Positions 36,553-47,931 of a stretch of DNA of 64,000 nt are shown piece by piece; positions within the stretch are counted from its first letter, which is position 1, and every line of letters starts with the position of its first letter. Below the pieces are notes generated by a model, which saw only the letters and a program-made list of their open reading frames with translations, ran no database searches and had not been told where the DNA came from. The stretch is taken from the NCBI GenBank assembly GCA_964234715.1, contig OZ174276.1; one strand, given 5' to 3'. The stretch comes from Podarcis melisellensis (taxonomy: Eukaryota). The position numbers and the translations under genes are program-made.

Positions 36553-36614
36553 ATTCGGTTATTTTAATCTACTTAATGGTAACAATTCGGTTATTTTAAT
36601 CTACTTAATGGTAA
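36553..36614. repeat. 32-bp period tandem duplication
   Basis: attcggttattttaatctacttaatggtaa occurs identically at 36553 and 36585. Confidence 0.95.
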
Positions 36615-37836
36615 GAATTGCAACCTCCACTGCAGACTAAGAGAATAGGAGGATAGCGTCCAGATGTTATTTTGGAACAGCAACACTGATCTTACAACCA
36701 TGCTGGGGCATCACTCCAATGATAGGTAATAGATTTGAGATAGGTCCTTTGTGAACTTGGAATAAATGGATGCTAGTGTAGTCAAATAGCATGAAAGGTT
36801 GGGATAAGGTAACAGCTGGAGCGGCCAAAAATTGAATGCTTGCTGTGTGAACTTAGATCTAGGTTTAAGCCTTTGTACTCCTTAGTTTTACATTACATGT
36901 TTTCAACCTGTGAGGTCCTAAGATAAGTTTCTCTAGCCCCCGTGGAAATGAAGTCATACATATACACAGTCCTTTATATAGTTGACACAGTATATCATCA
37001 AATTCAGGAAATATACATAAATTTAATGTATAAAGTTCACAAAATATACATCAGATGCAGGAAATATAATACCATTCCCAAACTATGCATCAAATTCAGG
37101 AAATACGCATATTTCTGATGGTAAATCCTGAGGTCCACTCAAAAATATTTGGGGAGGCCTTCATAGTCATTCATGTGTCTAGAAATGTTCTCATCAATGC
37201 CCTCTGTTAGGCCTGACTTATGCTTTAACCAAGGCGCAGCAGCATGCTGGCATAAACAGATAGCTGCATCAACCTAGGTTGGTACAATAAATCTGTTCTT
37301 AATGAAGGAAGAGGAAGATCAATTGACTACCCCACCCTCCAGAATCCAGATTTAAAAGGTAGATATCCAAATTCAGGAAAAATCAGTTTTGACGCAGAAG
37401 CAACATGATTCATTCATTCCTAGCTAAATGCCTTTGTGTCCCAGGGTGCCATTTTATTTATTAAATTTTGAACCTGCCTTTCCTCCCAAAGGAGGCATAA
37501 CGTCAGACACTTTGATGCCGTGTCTATTTATACGAATTCCATCATATTAAAGTTTCCCACACCATGAAACTTGTGAAGCAATCAAGACTGTTTTTTTAAA
37601 AAAAATAATAATGATGAAACAACGAAAAGGACCAAGCTTTTAGTATTCTAAATTATTTGAAACTAGTCTTCTCTACATGGGCATTAGTGGAATTGTGTGT
37701 GTGCATGTGTTTAAGGCAATAATCCAATAACTAAAATGATAAACTGTTGTGCCTTGTTGCTGTATATGAATGAAATTGTTTTAGATCTTACAAAAATGTG
37801 GATTAGGCACATTCAGTGTATGCCAATGACATACTG

Positions 37837-38113
37837 CAGGGGTGGCCAACTCCCAAGAGACTGCGATCTTCTCACAGAGTTAAAGACTGGCAGTGATCTA
37901 TCCCCTCTTTGGGGGTTCAGGTCAAAGTTATTGGGCTTTTTAGGGAGGAGGAAAGCCCTGGTTTTTTGGGGTGCAGGGCAAAAATGTTGACCTTTCTTTA
38001 GGGGAACAAAACTTGTTCAGCTTCTTTGGGGTGAGCCAGTGATCTACCAGTGATCTACCACAGATGTCCGGTCATCTACCGGTACATCACAATCTACCTG
38101 TTTGACATGCCTG
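37837..38113. mobile_element. hAT MITE, 277 bp
   Basis: Termini caggggtggccaac / gtttgacatgcctg; TSD acatactg / acataatg (7 of 8); gatctacc subrepeats. Confidence 0.88.
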
Positions 38114-38296
38114 ACATAATGTGTTCATAGAAAATGAGAATGTTCATTTAAAAGCAAAAGAGGTCAGAATGATGTGTGGCATTTCTCCAACTCAAATGTT
38201 TTTTTCTTTAAATATTCAACTTTTGGCACTTTCCTCATATATTTTCAGTTTGTCACACACACACACCCCTTTTTGTGCAACAGCTTTTTGTTATTC

Positions 38297-39300
38297 TTTT
38301 TTAAAAAAGTTTATTTGTTACAGATCACTGAGTTTGCAAGGTAGATTACAAAAGGGAGAATAAGAAGAAGACAATATTACATACACAGCTGACAGCTTAA
38401 TTCATAAGTTAGGTGGATTACGTAGTAAATATAATGCATAAGTACAAAAATCCTTATATCAGACATTTCAAGCTTCTTCAAAACACAATAAAATGCTTAA
38501 TCTGTACTAAATGTATAAAGTTTTCTCTAATGCCTATATGCCCCTTAACAGGGAATAATGATTTATTTGCTCTTGCACCTTGCATTTAGTAGAAACAAAC
38601 TCTATTTTCTGGTAGAAATATATTCTATTTGTATGTCTTCTCTTACTCTTATTAAGAGTTGTAACTTTAGTCATAAAGGTCATTTCCCAAATTTTTGCTG
38701 CAGTTAATAAATAGGCTACCAGTTTTTGACTCTGGAATGATGATGTTGAGATATTCAAATATTGTTAGAATAGGATTCATGGGGTGGACTTAGCCAAGGA
38801 CATTATCACTTTCTGTTAATACTGACTCCAAAAATAATTTAATAATTGGACATTCCTCCAAGTACATGACAAATAGTCACATTGGGAGCATCCGCAACAC
38901 CAATTATTTATTGTTGGATATATTTTATGCAGTCTATCTGGAGACAGATACCAATGAGTCATGATTTTATAGATTTTAAACTCCTACAAAGTGTAAATTT
39001 GGAAATGTTTCTCCCAGAACCAGACCCATTTCTCTTGAGATGTATTGCTAGTCATATCTGCATCCCATTTTGATTGACATCTTGGCTGGGATGATTCCAG
39101 TTCTGCAGTTATTTTAGATATATCTCCTATGATTCCTTTTGAGTGTTTCCTTTTTGAAATTAATATTTCATACCTTGTGTTTTCTCTCAGTGTACCAAAT
39201 CTTTTCAATAAACTGGTTATGATTTGCCTTATCTTCAAATACTGGGGTAAGTTTACTTTTAAATTTTTCAGCTATCTCGTTTGAAAGGATTTACATTAAT
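38297..39300 (-). mobile_element. L1 LINE, 5'-truncated (ORF2 C-terminus and 3' UTR)
   Basis: Minus strand KWDADM..EKW..YKIMTHWYLSPDRLHKIYP..CCGC..ECP..LLTAAK (decayed Cys-rich domain); AATAAA at 38315-38310. Confidence 0.85.
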
Positions 39301-40855
39301 ATATGAAAGCTTTTTTAAAAAAATCCATTGTTAACTTGCTTTGTTTTATTTTTGTAACCATAGAGCTTTCAAATCAGATTTTCAGAAGATCACAATCCCT
39401 TTATGACACAGAGAATGACCGCTAATATTTTGTGAAGGGCTGTTCTGTTCCCCAAAGCATGAAGACTTTGCTGAAAACTAAATGCTTAAGGCCCATCTAC
39501 ATCTAAAATAGTTTAATTGCTATTCTCTCACCCTCCAGGGAAATGTAAGGGGCTATAAATTTTCTCTCTATAGATCTTTGAAGGCATCATCAGCTTTCCC
39601 TCAGCTGTCACCTGACAGCAGCTATTCCATCAGACTGCAGTCAAGGGGGAGGAAGGGCCACTCCATTGGCTCAACTGAGATACCAGCCACATTTGGCTCA
39701 TGCTCTCTTTGAACTGTTTCCATTCCAGCTTGTTGTTAAAGCTTTATAAATAAGAACTAGTGTTTGGGTTGGCTTTCCCTGCTCCTATCTCCTATTCTCT
39801 TTTTCCCCTTTGCGCCGCTTTCAGATTATAAATCTGATGTTAAGATTTGTCCTGCCGTTGACTTCTGCAAACCACCCTGGAAGCTTTCTTTGGCTGAAGA
39901 GTGGTGTTGAAAATACTTTAATAAATATGACATAATTAGCAGCCTCAGCAAGCTGCAGGTCCTAGGATTATTTATGCAAGTCATGAGTGTTAAACTGGTA
40001 TAAAAATCAACCAAATTTTGTAGCAGATGTTCCTAGTTCTCTATGCAGGTGAACCCCTCACAACCATACATTCTTTCTCTGGTTTCGCCTTTTCTTCACT
40101 GTATAAAGGGTAAATAAACTATCGCCTTCTCCTCCTCAGTGAACACTATTATCCCGTAAAACTACAGCAAATGATGTAAAAATTCCATTCATCGGATTGT
40201 GATGGAAACAAATAAGTGTTTGACACCCTAATTCTTTTTTTTCTTTTTCTTTTTACTGTTGTGCATGAACGAGGAATAAGAAGAAGAGATGCAGAGTGAG
40301 AGAGCGAAAACACAACAGATGCTTTTGCCCTAAACATCTGTCTCATGAAGCAAAAAATCAGATGTTGAGCTGGAATTCTAGCTATCTGCTGCTCTGGGTA
40401 ACCCAGTGAGAGATTTAGGTTCCATGACCTCCCATGGCCATGCTTCCTGACCCATGAATGACACTTGGCCAAATTCATTCACTGAGTCAGACCCAAAAAC
40501 AAAAGCTTGCCTAGAGTTGACCACTGATCGCTCCTAATGCAAACCTGCCTTTGCTCTAGGGCCAAATGATCCCTCCCAACAGCAAGGAGGGCAATCTAAA
40601 GAACTGAGCAGCATCCAAGAGCGTGCATGAAATCATTCAGAACAGCCATAAAGACTGACTCATAAGTACATCTCTCAATACATTTTTGCTCTTCTTGATG
40701 CTTGGTCCTGTTCTTTGCCTGTATACTTCTGCTGACAGCATGCAATCCTTTTCTGCCTTTAGGACAATTGCTTCCTACAGCTTATTAAAAAAACCACCAC
40801 CACCACTCCCTGCCTTCTTTACTCACCGTTCCTTTAGGTTCCTTTTTCAGCCCGC

Positions 40856-40938
40856 TACTGATTCATCTAGATCAGTATGGTCTACTGGCAGTGGCTCTCC
40901 AGGGTTTCAGGTAAACTTCTCCTCCAGCCCTACCTAGA
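40856..40938 (-). mobile_element. SINE fragment (Squam2-like)
   Basis: catctagatcagtat..ctggcagtggctctccagggtttcagg..cagccctacct. Confidence 0.6.
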
Positions 40939-41515
40939 TCTATCCTAGAGCTCACCTATCCCCTATCTTGCCTTTTCTGCTCTTTATGGCAACAGTACAT
41001 AGCTCCTCCAAGTCTCTTTTCCTCTATCCATTATTATGTTCCACTTCCCTCACATAAACTGCATTAATAACGAACATTCTATTGCTCAAATATCACCCTG
41101 AGTAGTTAGGGCAGGACCAAAGGAACCTCCAATGGAAACTCCAGCATGAAATTGCTGAATTGTCAAAAAGTTCAATTCTGTTCATTTGGGTCTCAATAGA
41201 GACAGTGGTATTCTGCTCTGCTGCTGCTGTTAAATGTACTCAGCAGTGCTGAGATGATGCTGTTATCCCCATCACCACCATTGCTGTTGTGAAGGGTATC
41301 TGCACTCACTTTTAATAATTTAAACTCCAGTTGTATTGTCTAAGATGAGTGTGCTGTTGCTAATTGCTGATGCTGTGAAGGATCAGTTTGCATATATTTA
41401 ACGGAATGGTCACAGATGGAACTTTTTGAATTCATTGTCATTTAACTCCAACTTTAACATTTCTCTTTACACCCTTATGTAGATATATAACTGACCAGCA
41501 AGAATTACACATTGT

Positions 41516-41640
41516 GCATCTGGTGAGGTGGACTCTAGTTCAAAGAAGCTTATGCCATTAAAAAAATGTTCACGCTTAAGGTGTCAAAAGATTTTTTGTT
41601 GTTCTTGCTGCAACAAACTAACGTGGCTACCCCTCTGGAA
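41516..41640 (+). mobile_element. Penelope-like element pseudo-LTR fragment with decayed hammerhead motif
   Basis: gcat-CTGGTGA-ggtggactctagttcaaa-GAAGCTT-atgc..aaggtgtcaaaaga..actaacgtggctacccctctg. Confidence 0.78.
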
Positions 41641-41895
41641 TTTGGACATTATGTGACTGTGATATATTGTCAATATATTTAAGAATGTTACTTCCTGTCC
41701 CTCCTGAATATCTCAGGGTATATATATACCTCTCATTATTTGACTCTCTCCATTCAGTTATGTTTCAGGCTGCAGTTGGAATACACACTGCTATTCAGTC
41801 AAGATTTTGGCGCATCCACCTTATTACAGACACTTTCTGAGAGCTGAGCTACTGTATGCCCCCTGAACCCAAACATAAGCAAGTATACAATAACA

Positions 41896-42017
41896 CAACC
41901 TTTCTCAAGCTTGGGTCCCCAGTTGTTGTTTGACTACAACTTCCATTATCCCTAGTTAGCAGGATGATGGGAGTTGTAGTGCAACAATGTCTGGGGACCC
42001 AAGCTTGAGAAAGGCTA
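41896..42017. mobile_element. Palindromic hAT MITE
   Basis: Perfect 24-bp arms cctttctcaagcttgggtccccag / ctggggacccaagcttgagaaagg; flanks caataaca / ccataatg. Confidence 0.9.
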
Positions 42018-42694
42018 CCATAATGGCACAGTTCAATCTGGCCAATGGTGCAGAGGACACCAAACTGTTATAATCCTACTGCTGCATATACAAGATGTAA
42101 AGAAAAGAAGTTCAGTGGAAGAAACGCTCCCGTTCAGTTGTGATTAAGTGAACAGATGATAGGGCAATGAATGAAGAGAACTTAGAATAAAGTATATGCA
42201 TGCAAAACTGTCCAGGGAACTTAAGGAAAACCATTCCCAAACAAAAATGGGATCTCATTAATCATACAGCACTGTTCCAAAAATGTAATTAAGCTGAAAA
42301 TTAAGTGCATGAATGGGACTTGAACATGCTCCGTTCCAGCGGGATTGCATCCAAAGTAGTGTGACCACATCTGCATTTCCAAAGGAGAGGAAATGCCTCA
42401 CTAAAAAAAGATGGAAGATTTGCATATGCCAATTTTATATGTGTACAGATGCAAATTTAGAAATACTGGTAATTACTATAATTAAAATAGAAATTCAAAA
42501 ACAATCTCACCATAATGGGGAAGACAGTGCCCAGATGGCGTTTGGGCCTGCTGAAGTTGCAGGGGAATAGCCACACTATAAATTCAAAGCACATCCAATA
42601 TGCACTTGACTTCTCCCAAAGAATCCTGCGAACTGCAGTTTATCCCTCACAGAGCTACAGTTCCCAGTACCTTAACAAGCTACAACTAAAAAGG

Positions 42695-42900
42695 TCTAAG
42701 TTCCTCCTGCATATGGACAGGGATGGGGACTGCCTAATTTCCTCTGGGCGGGAGTTTCAAAGGCAAGATGCTGCCACAGAGAAAGCCCACCCTCCTTGCC
42801 ATTTGTAGCAGTGGTGCTCTTAGAACGGCCTTTACCACAGACCATAAGCTATGGGTTGGAGCATATGGAAACCCAACAGCTTGGGTCTCAAGTCATATAA
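42695..42900 (-). mobile_element. Old L2 3' fragment
   Basis: gggcgggagtttcaaaggc..gctgccacagagaaagccc (minus strand AFSVAA..LWNSLP-like). Confidence 0.55.
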
Positions 42901-44726
42901 AACTTTATATACAAGCACTTTCATATATGCAAGCATATATACAAGCACTTTTATATATACAAGCTCAATCATTTCTTCATTGTTCTGTGATGTTCCCCCA
43001 ATGTTGTTTTATTAATGTCCTCTGGCAGACATTCTTGGTGTAAAAAAGTGGGGCAAAAAAATAAAATTAAAGCAAAGTAGCTACAGTAAAAAATAAAAAG
43101 TTAAAGGATTTTAGCAGGGTGGTATGGCATATGCACCAATTGGAAATGAAGCTATATGCCTGCCTCAAAATCTTTGGAGGCACAAACAGTACTGAAAGCA
43201 GGGTCATGTATAACTGCTTTGATACCACCATAAGCACAAATGATAATAAAAAAGGAGATCCAGACAGGCCCAAGACTGTTGAATAGTTTGCTTAAATGTT
43301 CATTCTTTCTCCATAGGGTGTATACCACTTTAAAAGCCAGTGCGCAACTCCTCACCTAGTTTTTCAGCTGTGTAGCAGTGTAGCAGGTGCAGATAAGTCA
43401 CTGTAATTAGCTGTGTCAGCAATTGTGAATGGTATATAATGTGCTTTACTCTGTATCTTACCCCCTGGTGGATGGATGGGTGATGATTCTAGAAACTATG
43501 TAAGATGCACGTTAGAGGTGTTTTGTTATTAAACCTTACAAAGATCTCTTTGCATCTCTTCAGTGTTTCCATCTGTGTGGGCTACTCTGCACTCACTCTG
43601 TGGCATGCTGGAAATGCCCAATAAAGACATCCTGATCAATATTGTTTTGGACTCAAGTTTCAGCAATTCTCATGTCAATAATGCTCAATGAGGAAAGGGG
43701 GAAAGTTTAAGCCTCCACATTTATAACGAGGCAGAGGGTGAGTTCATGCAATCTTTTTTGCATACAAGGAAATAGTGATCATGGCCAGCTCTCAGCCACA
43801 TGCAGGTGTGAAAACGGCCAGAGCATCATTAGAATAAAGTTGAACCTCACAGTACACCGATGACATTTGTCTTGTGCAGTATATCAATACTGTCTGTTAA
43901 GAAAGGTTTAGGGAAGTCCCCATTTCTCAGTTTGAGGCAGGAGACGTTGGCTTGCCATAAAATTCTTATTTATTTACAGTAACTTCCATGGCTCTGCAGC
44001 AGAAAACAAGACCAGTTTGTGTGCCATTCAGTTTGCGCTCCTCATATTTTGAGAAGTCATTTCTTTATCCTCTTCCAAGCATTTAGCACTAATTCCATGG
44101 CAGATTAGAACATCACCACTTGGTGGTGCCAATATGCCAGGGAAATAGAAAAACCCTGCAGACAAATTGAAGAGGGTGGGGGAGGAATTTAAAAAAACAA
44201 CATGTACCTTAGAATTTAGAGTTAAGGGATCTTCTCTCTCCCCCATCAACAATAAACAACTCTGCGGTTTATTCAGAATGTAGAACAGATGCAACACATA
44301 TACCCCCCAACTTGTAGAAACAAAAAGGGAGTCTTACGGCACTGGAAGGCTAACAGTTTCATTGTGGCATAAGCTGTTGAAGTGGGCTCCGCTCCACACA
44401 CAAAAACGGTTAGGACTCTATCCAATGGGGTTGCTCAGCTGATTCCTGTAAGATTTCTATCAGTGGAATTAGGATGACAGCAATTTTTGAGGAGCCCCTC
44501 TCTTCTCTACAGCCCCTCATCCTCTGTAAATCAGCACCAGATGATTCGTAGCTCCTCTAGAATTTGCTGCCTAAAGTGATTGTTTCACATTGATTGATTG
44601 TTTCACAAAGGCCAGTCTTTGCCATGAATTTGCATTCTTTTTCTTAAAAATGGAAACAAAATGGGGGGAATGTCTACTTCCTAGCTGGAGAGAGGGGGAG
44701 CACGTAGGATGACTACATGAAGCCTT

Positions 44727-44951
44727 AACAAAAAAAATTCCTTCCAGTAGCACCTTAAAGACCAACTAAGTTAGTTCTTGGTATGAGCTTTCGTGTGCAT
44801 GCACACTTCTTCATATACACTGAAACAGAAGTCACCAGACCCTTCTATATAGTGAGAAGGTGGGGAGGGGTATTACTCAGAAGGGTGGTGGGAATGGGTG
44901 ATTGGCAGATTTGACTATGGCAAACCAACACGGCTACCTATCTGTAACTGA
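44727..44951 (-). mobile_element. Penelope-like element insertion with inverted terminal segment
   Basis: 13-bp TSD tacatgaagcctt (44714-44726, 44952-44964); pseudo-LTR on the minus strand; ttgactatggcaaaccaacacggctacc on the plus strand at the right end. Confidence 0.92.
44781..44818 (-). ncRNA. Minimal type I hammerhead ribozyme motif (core C3 to A substitution, probably inactive)
   Basis: Minus strand gtat-AUGAAGA-a-gugugcaugcacac-GAAAGCUC-auac: stem I gtat/atac, self-complementary stem II, palindromic AGCU stem III. Confidence 0.8.
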
Positions 44952-45134
44952 TACATGAAGCCTTGCCAGCATCAGCTGAGCAACACCACTGAACAGAGCC
45001 GAACAGTTTCTTGTGAACTAATGCCAGCTTCAACAGCTTATGGCACAATAAAGCTGTTAGCCCTTAGGGTGCCATCATTGCCTACTACCCACAATGGTTA
45101 TGCTCTGTCTCCACAGTGGGAGGCAATATGTCTC

Positions 45135-45293
45135 TGAACATCAGTTGCTGGGAACCACAGGAGGGAGAGTGCTGTTGTGCTCAGGTCTTACTTTGGGGGC
45201 TTCCTGTAGGTATCTGGCTGGCCACAGTGAGAACAGGATGCAGGAGTAGATGGACCACTGCCCTCATCCTGCAAGGTGGTTCTAATGTTCTTA
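45135..45293 (+). mobile_element. CR1 LINE 3' end
   Basis: tctggctggccacagtgagaacaggatgc..tagatggacca..atgttctta. Confidence 0.75.
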
Positions 45294-47662
45294 AATAAAG
45301 CTAATAGATCATAATATGGTGGTGGTGGTGGTGGTGGAGGAGCAGATGGTTTAAAAAGACAGGGGTTAAAAGAAAAACAATCAATTGTTTCCAAGACACA
45401 AAAATATATATATCATAATTTGAGTGACTAGTTCAGAAATGTTACAACACAACATCACCATACCTTTGATCATTTGAGAGCTCACACATGCATGTCAATG
45501 TCAGTGTATTATTAATCAGCCATTCTCATATATGAAAATCTCTTGTTGTGCTACTGCAGGAGGGAAAAACAACAACAATAATTTTCACCCAAACTGCTTA
45601 TTAACTTTGCCCGGAAAGGGAAGTAGAGACATGTTCTTTGTCCATCCAGATTTTTTACCTGCCTCTTTGAAAATATTAGTTCACCTCCCATCTTTGTTCT
45701 ATCCACCATTCAAATGAGATCTGAAACTGAGGGGATGAGGGGGCTGAAAAGCAGTTGATTGAACCAGGAATGTCAGGGGATTAAATACAGTACTTTCAAT
45801 AGCTGATCATTAGCTCGGAATATTGTTGTGGCTCATATATGACAGGCTAATTGCTTTCATCTCCTCCTGCCATGGTTACACAGCGAGTCATTAAGTGCCA
45901 ATTGTCACATTTAATATTCTTGCAAAAAGCCTCCTCTTTGATTACTGCTTGCAACCCTTTGCCATCTCACCTCCAGGCAAGCATTCACCTCCACCTCCAT
46001 GCTAATAAAACATCACAATGCTTTTGAAGCTGGCTGGGAATGATCATTCTGGAGCAGAACCCAGAGAAAGACCTGAATTGCAATTTCAGCCGCGGGCTCC
46101 TGCTGTTTTTTGCAAACTGTATCAGCACAAACCCTTAGCTAGTGCCACTCAGAATGGAGTGTGATCACCTATGCAATATTACATAATTACCATCCTTTGA
46201 TTAAACTCTTAACACTTGAGCTCTGTTCATGTTACCAGCTTAAAAACACAGCTAAGACTTTTTCTCAAAGCACAGTATTTCATACATAACAGGATAGATA
46301 TGGATTTGGCTAAAGTGTGTACACTGCTTCCCAAACCAACGATGGGAGAGCACTGTATGCAGAATAAATGGGAGCGTGTACACAGCTTTATTTATTTACT
46401 ACAGCATCTATTTACTATATTACTGCTGGTTTTTTAGATTTATTATATCCTAGTGAATTTTGTATTTTAATTTGCTTCATAGCAACTGTCTGGCGTAAGC
46501 TGCATAGCTCTGAAAGGCAGTGTATAATAGGTAATAAATTAAATAATAAGTTCTAGACCTTGAGTGTCTATTTGGTGCATGGCAAATTTGGAAGCACATT
46601 GAAGGGAGACATTTTGAATGAATAGCTTTGCTTAATTTAAAATAAGAAATTCACACTGCTACAATCAATACTTCTTTTTGAGTATCTAGACCGGATCGTT
46701 TTGGACATGATCCAAAGAGTAGTGGTAATGAAGAGGGATGAGACGAGAGATTAAAGGATATGAAACAGGGTATCCTTCCTTGCCTGGCATATGACAATTT
46801 AAACGCTTGCAATAAATTGCTTTCAAATCCTTCAGATTAAAATGGATTCAGACTCTTAGTGAGGAAACCTTTGTAGGCACTTGGCTCCATGTGATGGAAA
46901 TGTTTCTCCAGATGTAAGGCAATTGTTTGTGGAATCTGAAAGAGCTGTGATTCCCACCGGCTGACTAGCTCCTCTAACCCGTTCTGGGAAATGTTACTTC
47001 CTCATGATCAAACCCCTCGGTTTCTTTCAGATGACATGTTTATGAAATGCTGGCAACACAATACTGTTCTGATAGCACTATGGTATGTATTCCAGGCTCT
47101 TGATAACCATTTGTGCATACCTGTTTGCATGGTCTTGTACCAGGACCCCTCCTTTTCCAATTCCCCAGGTTGCTCTACTAGAAATATTTATAGACTTGCT
47201 GAGATGCATACCCAGTTTCTTAACTTTTCTCCAGAAGAAGGGAGAGTGAATTCTAAGGCATCATCTCTCAGGCATATGCATGTAGGTATAAGCCACCAAG
47301 AGCATAGTGAAAGGGTATTTTGACAACTGCAAATAAGCAGAAAGCATCATGGGAGTATTACAAGGCAATTTACCTCTGCATTGCCATAAACTACTATTTG
47401 AATGCAATCTCTACAAAACTTCTTACTGGCTTACCCCACTATGTTACAATTAGCAAACAATGCCCTCATTAAGTGAGGCTATGGATGAGGCCCTCCAATC
47501 CCTTTCTCCCATCTTACTTTCACTTTCACCTTCTCTGCCTCTCCAATAGGCTCACATTTTTAATGCTATTGGCTACTTGACTCTAATGTCACAATGAACC
47601 ATTGTTGGCAGGGGAACTATGAGCTGGATCCAAGTAAGTTGTTGCACTAGCAGATTCCAGTG

Positions 47663-47931
47663 CAGGGGTCGGCAAGGTTTACCTGGCCTGGGCCAGTTCA
47701 CTCCAGTGGAGATCCTGCCATGGGCTGGATTGTACGCATGCGTAAGCGCGCACACCCATGATTTCTGGTGTCTGTGCAGACACCATTTCCAGTGCCACAG
47801 AAGCAAGTCCCCGCGCCACGGCATGCGGAGACTCGCCGAGCGGGCAGCTTGGTTTGGGGGTGGCTCGTGGGCTGGTTAAACGACCCCCATGTGTTGCTTG
47901 TGGCCCATGGGCCTTAGGTTGCCTACTCCTG
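47663..47931. mobile_element. GC/CpG-rich hAT MITE, 269 bp
   Basis: Perfect 8-bp TSD TTCCAGTG (47655-47662, 47932-47939); TIRs caggggtcggcaa / ttgcctactcctg. Confidence 0.93.

Noticed and set aside
38296-39322. cttttttaaaaaa on both sides of the L1 as a TSD
   Set aside because: Low-complexity motif common in this window, and it would leave no poly(A) tail inside the duplication.
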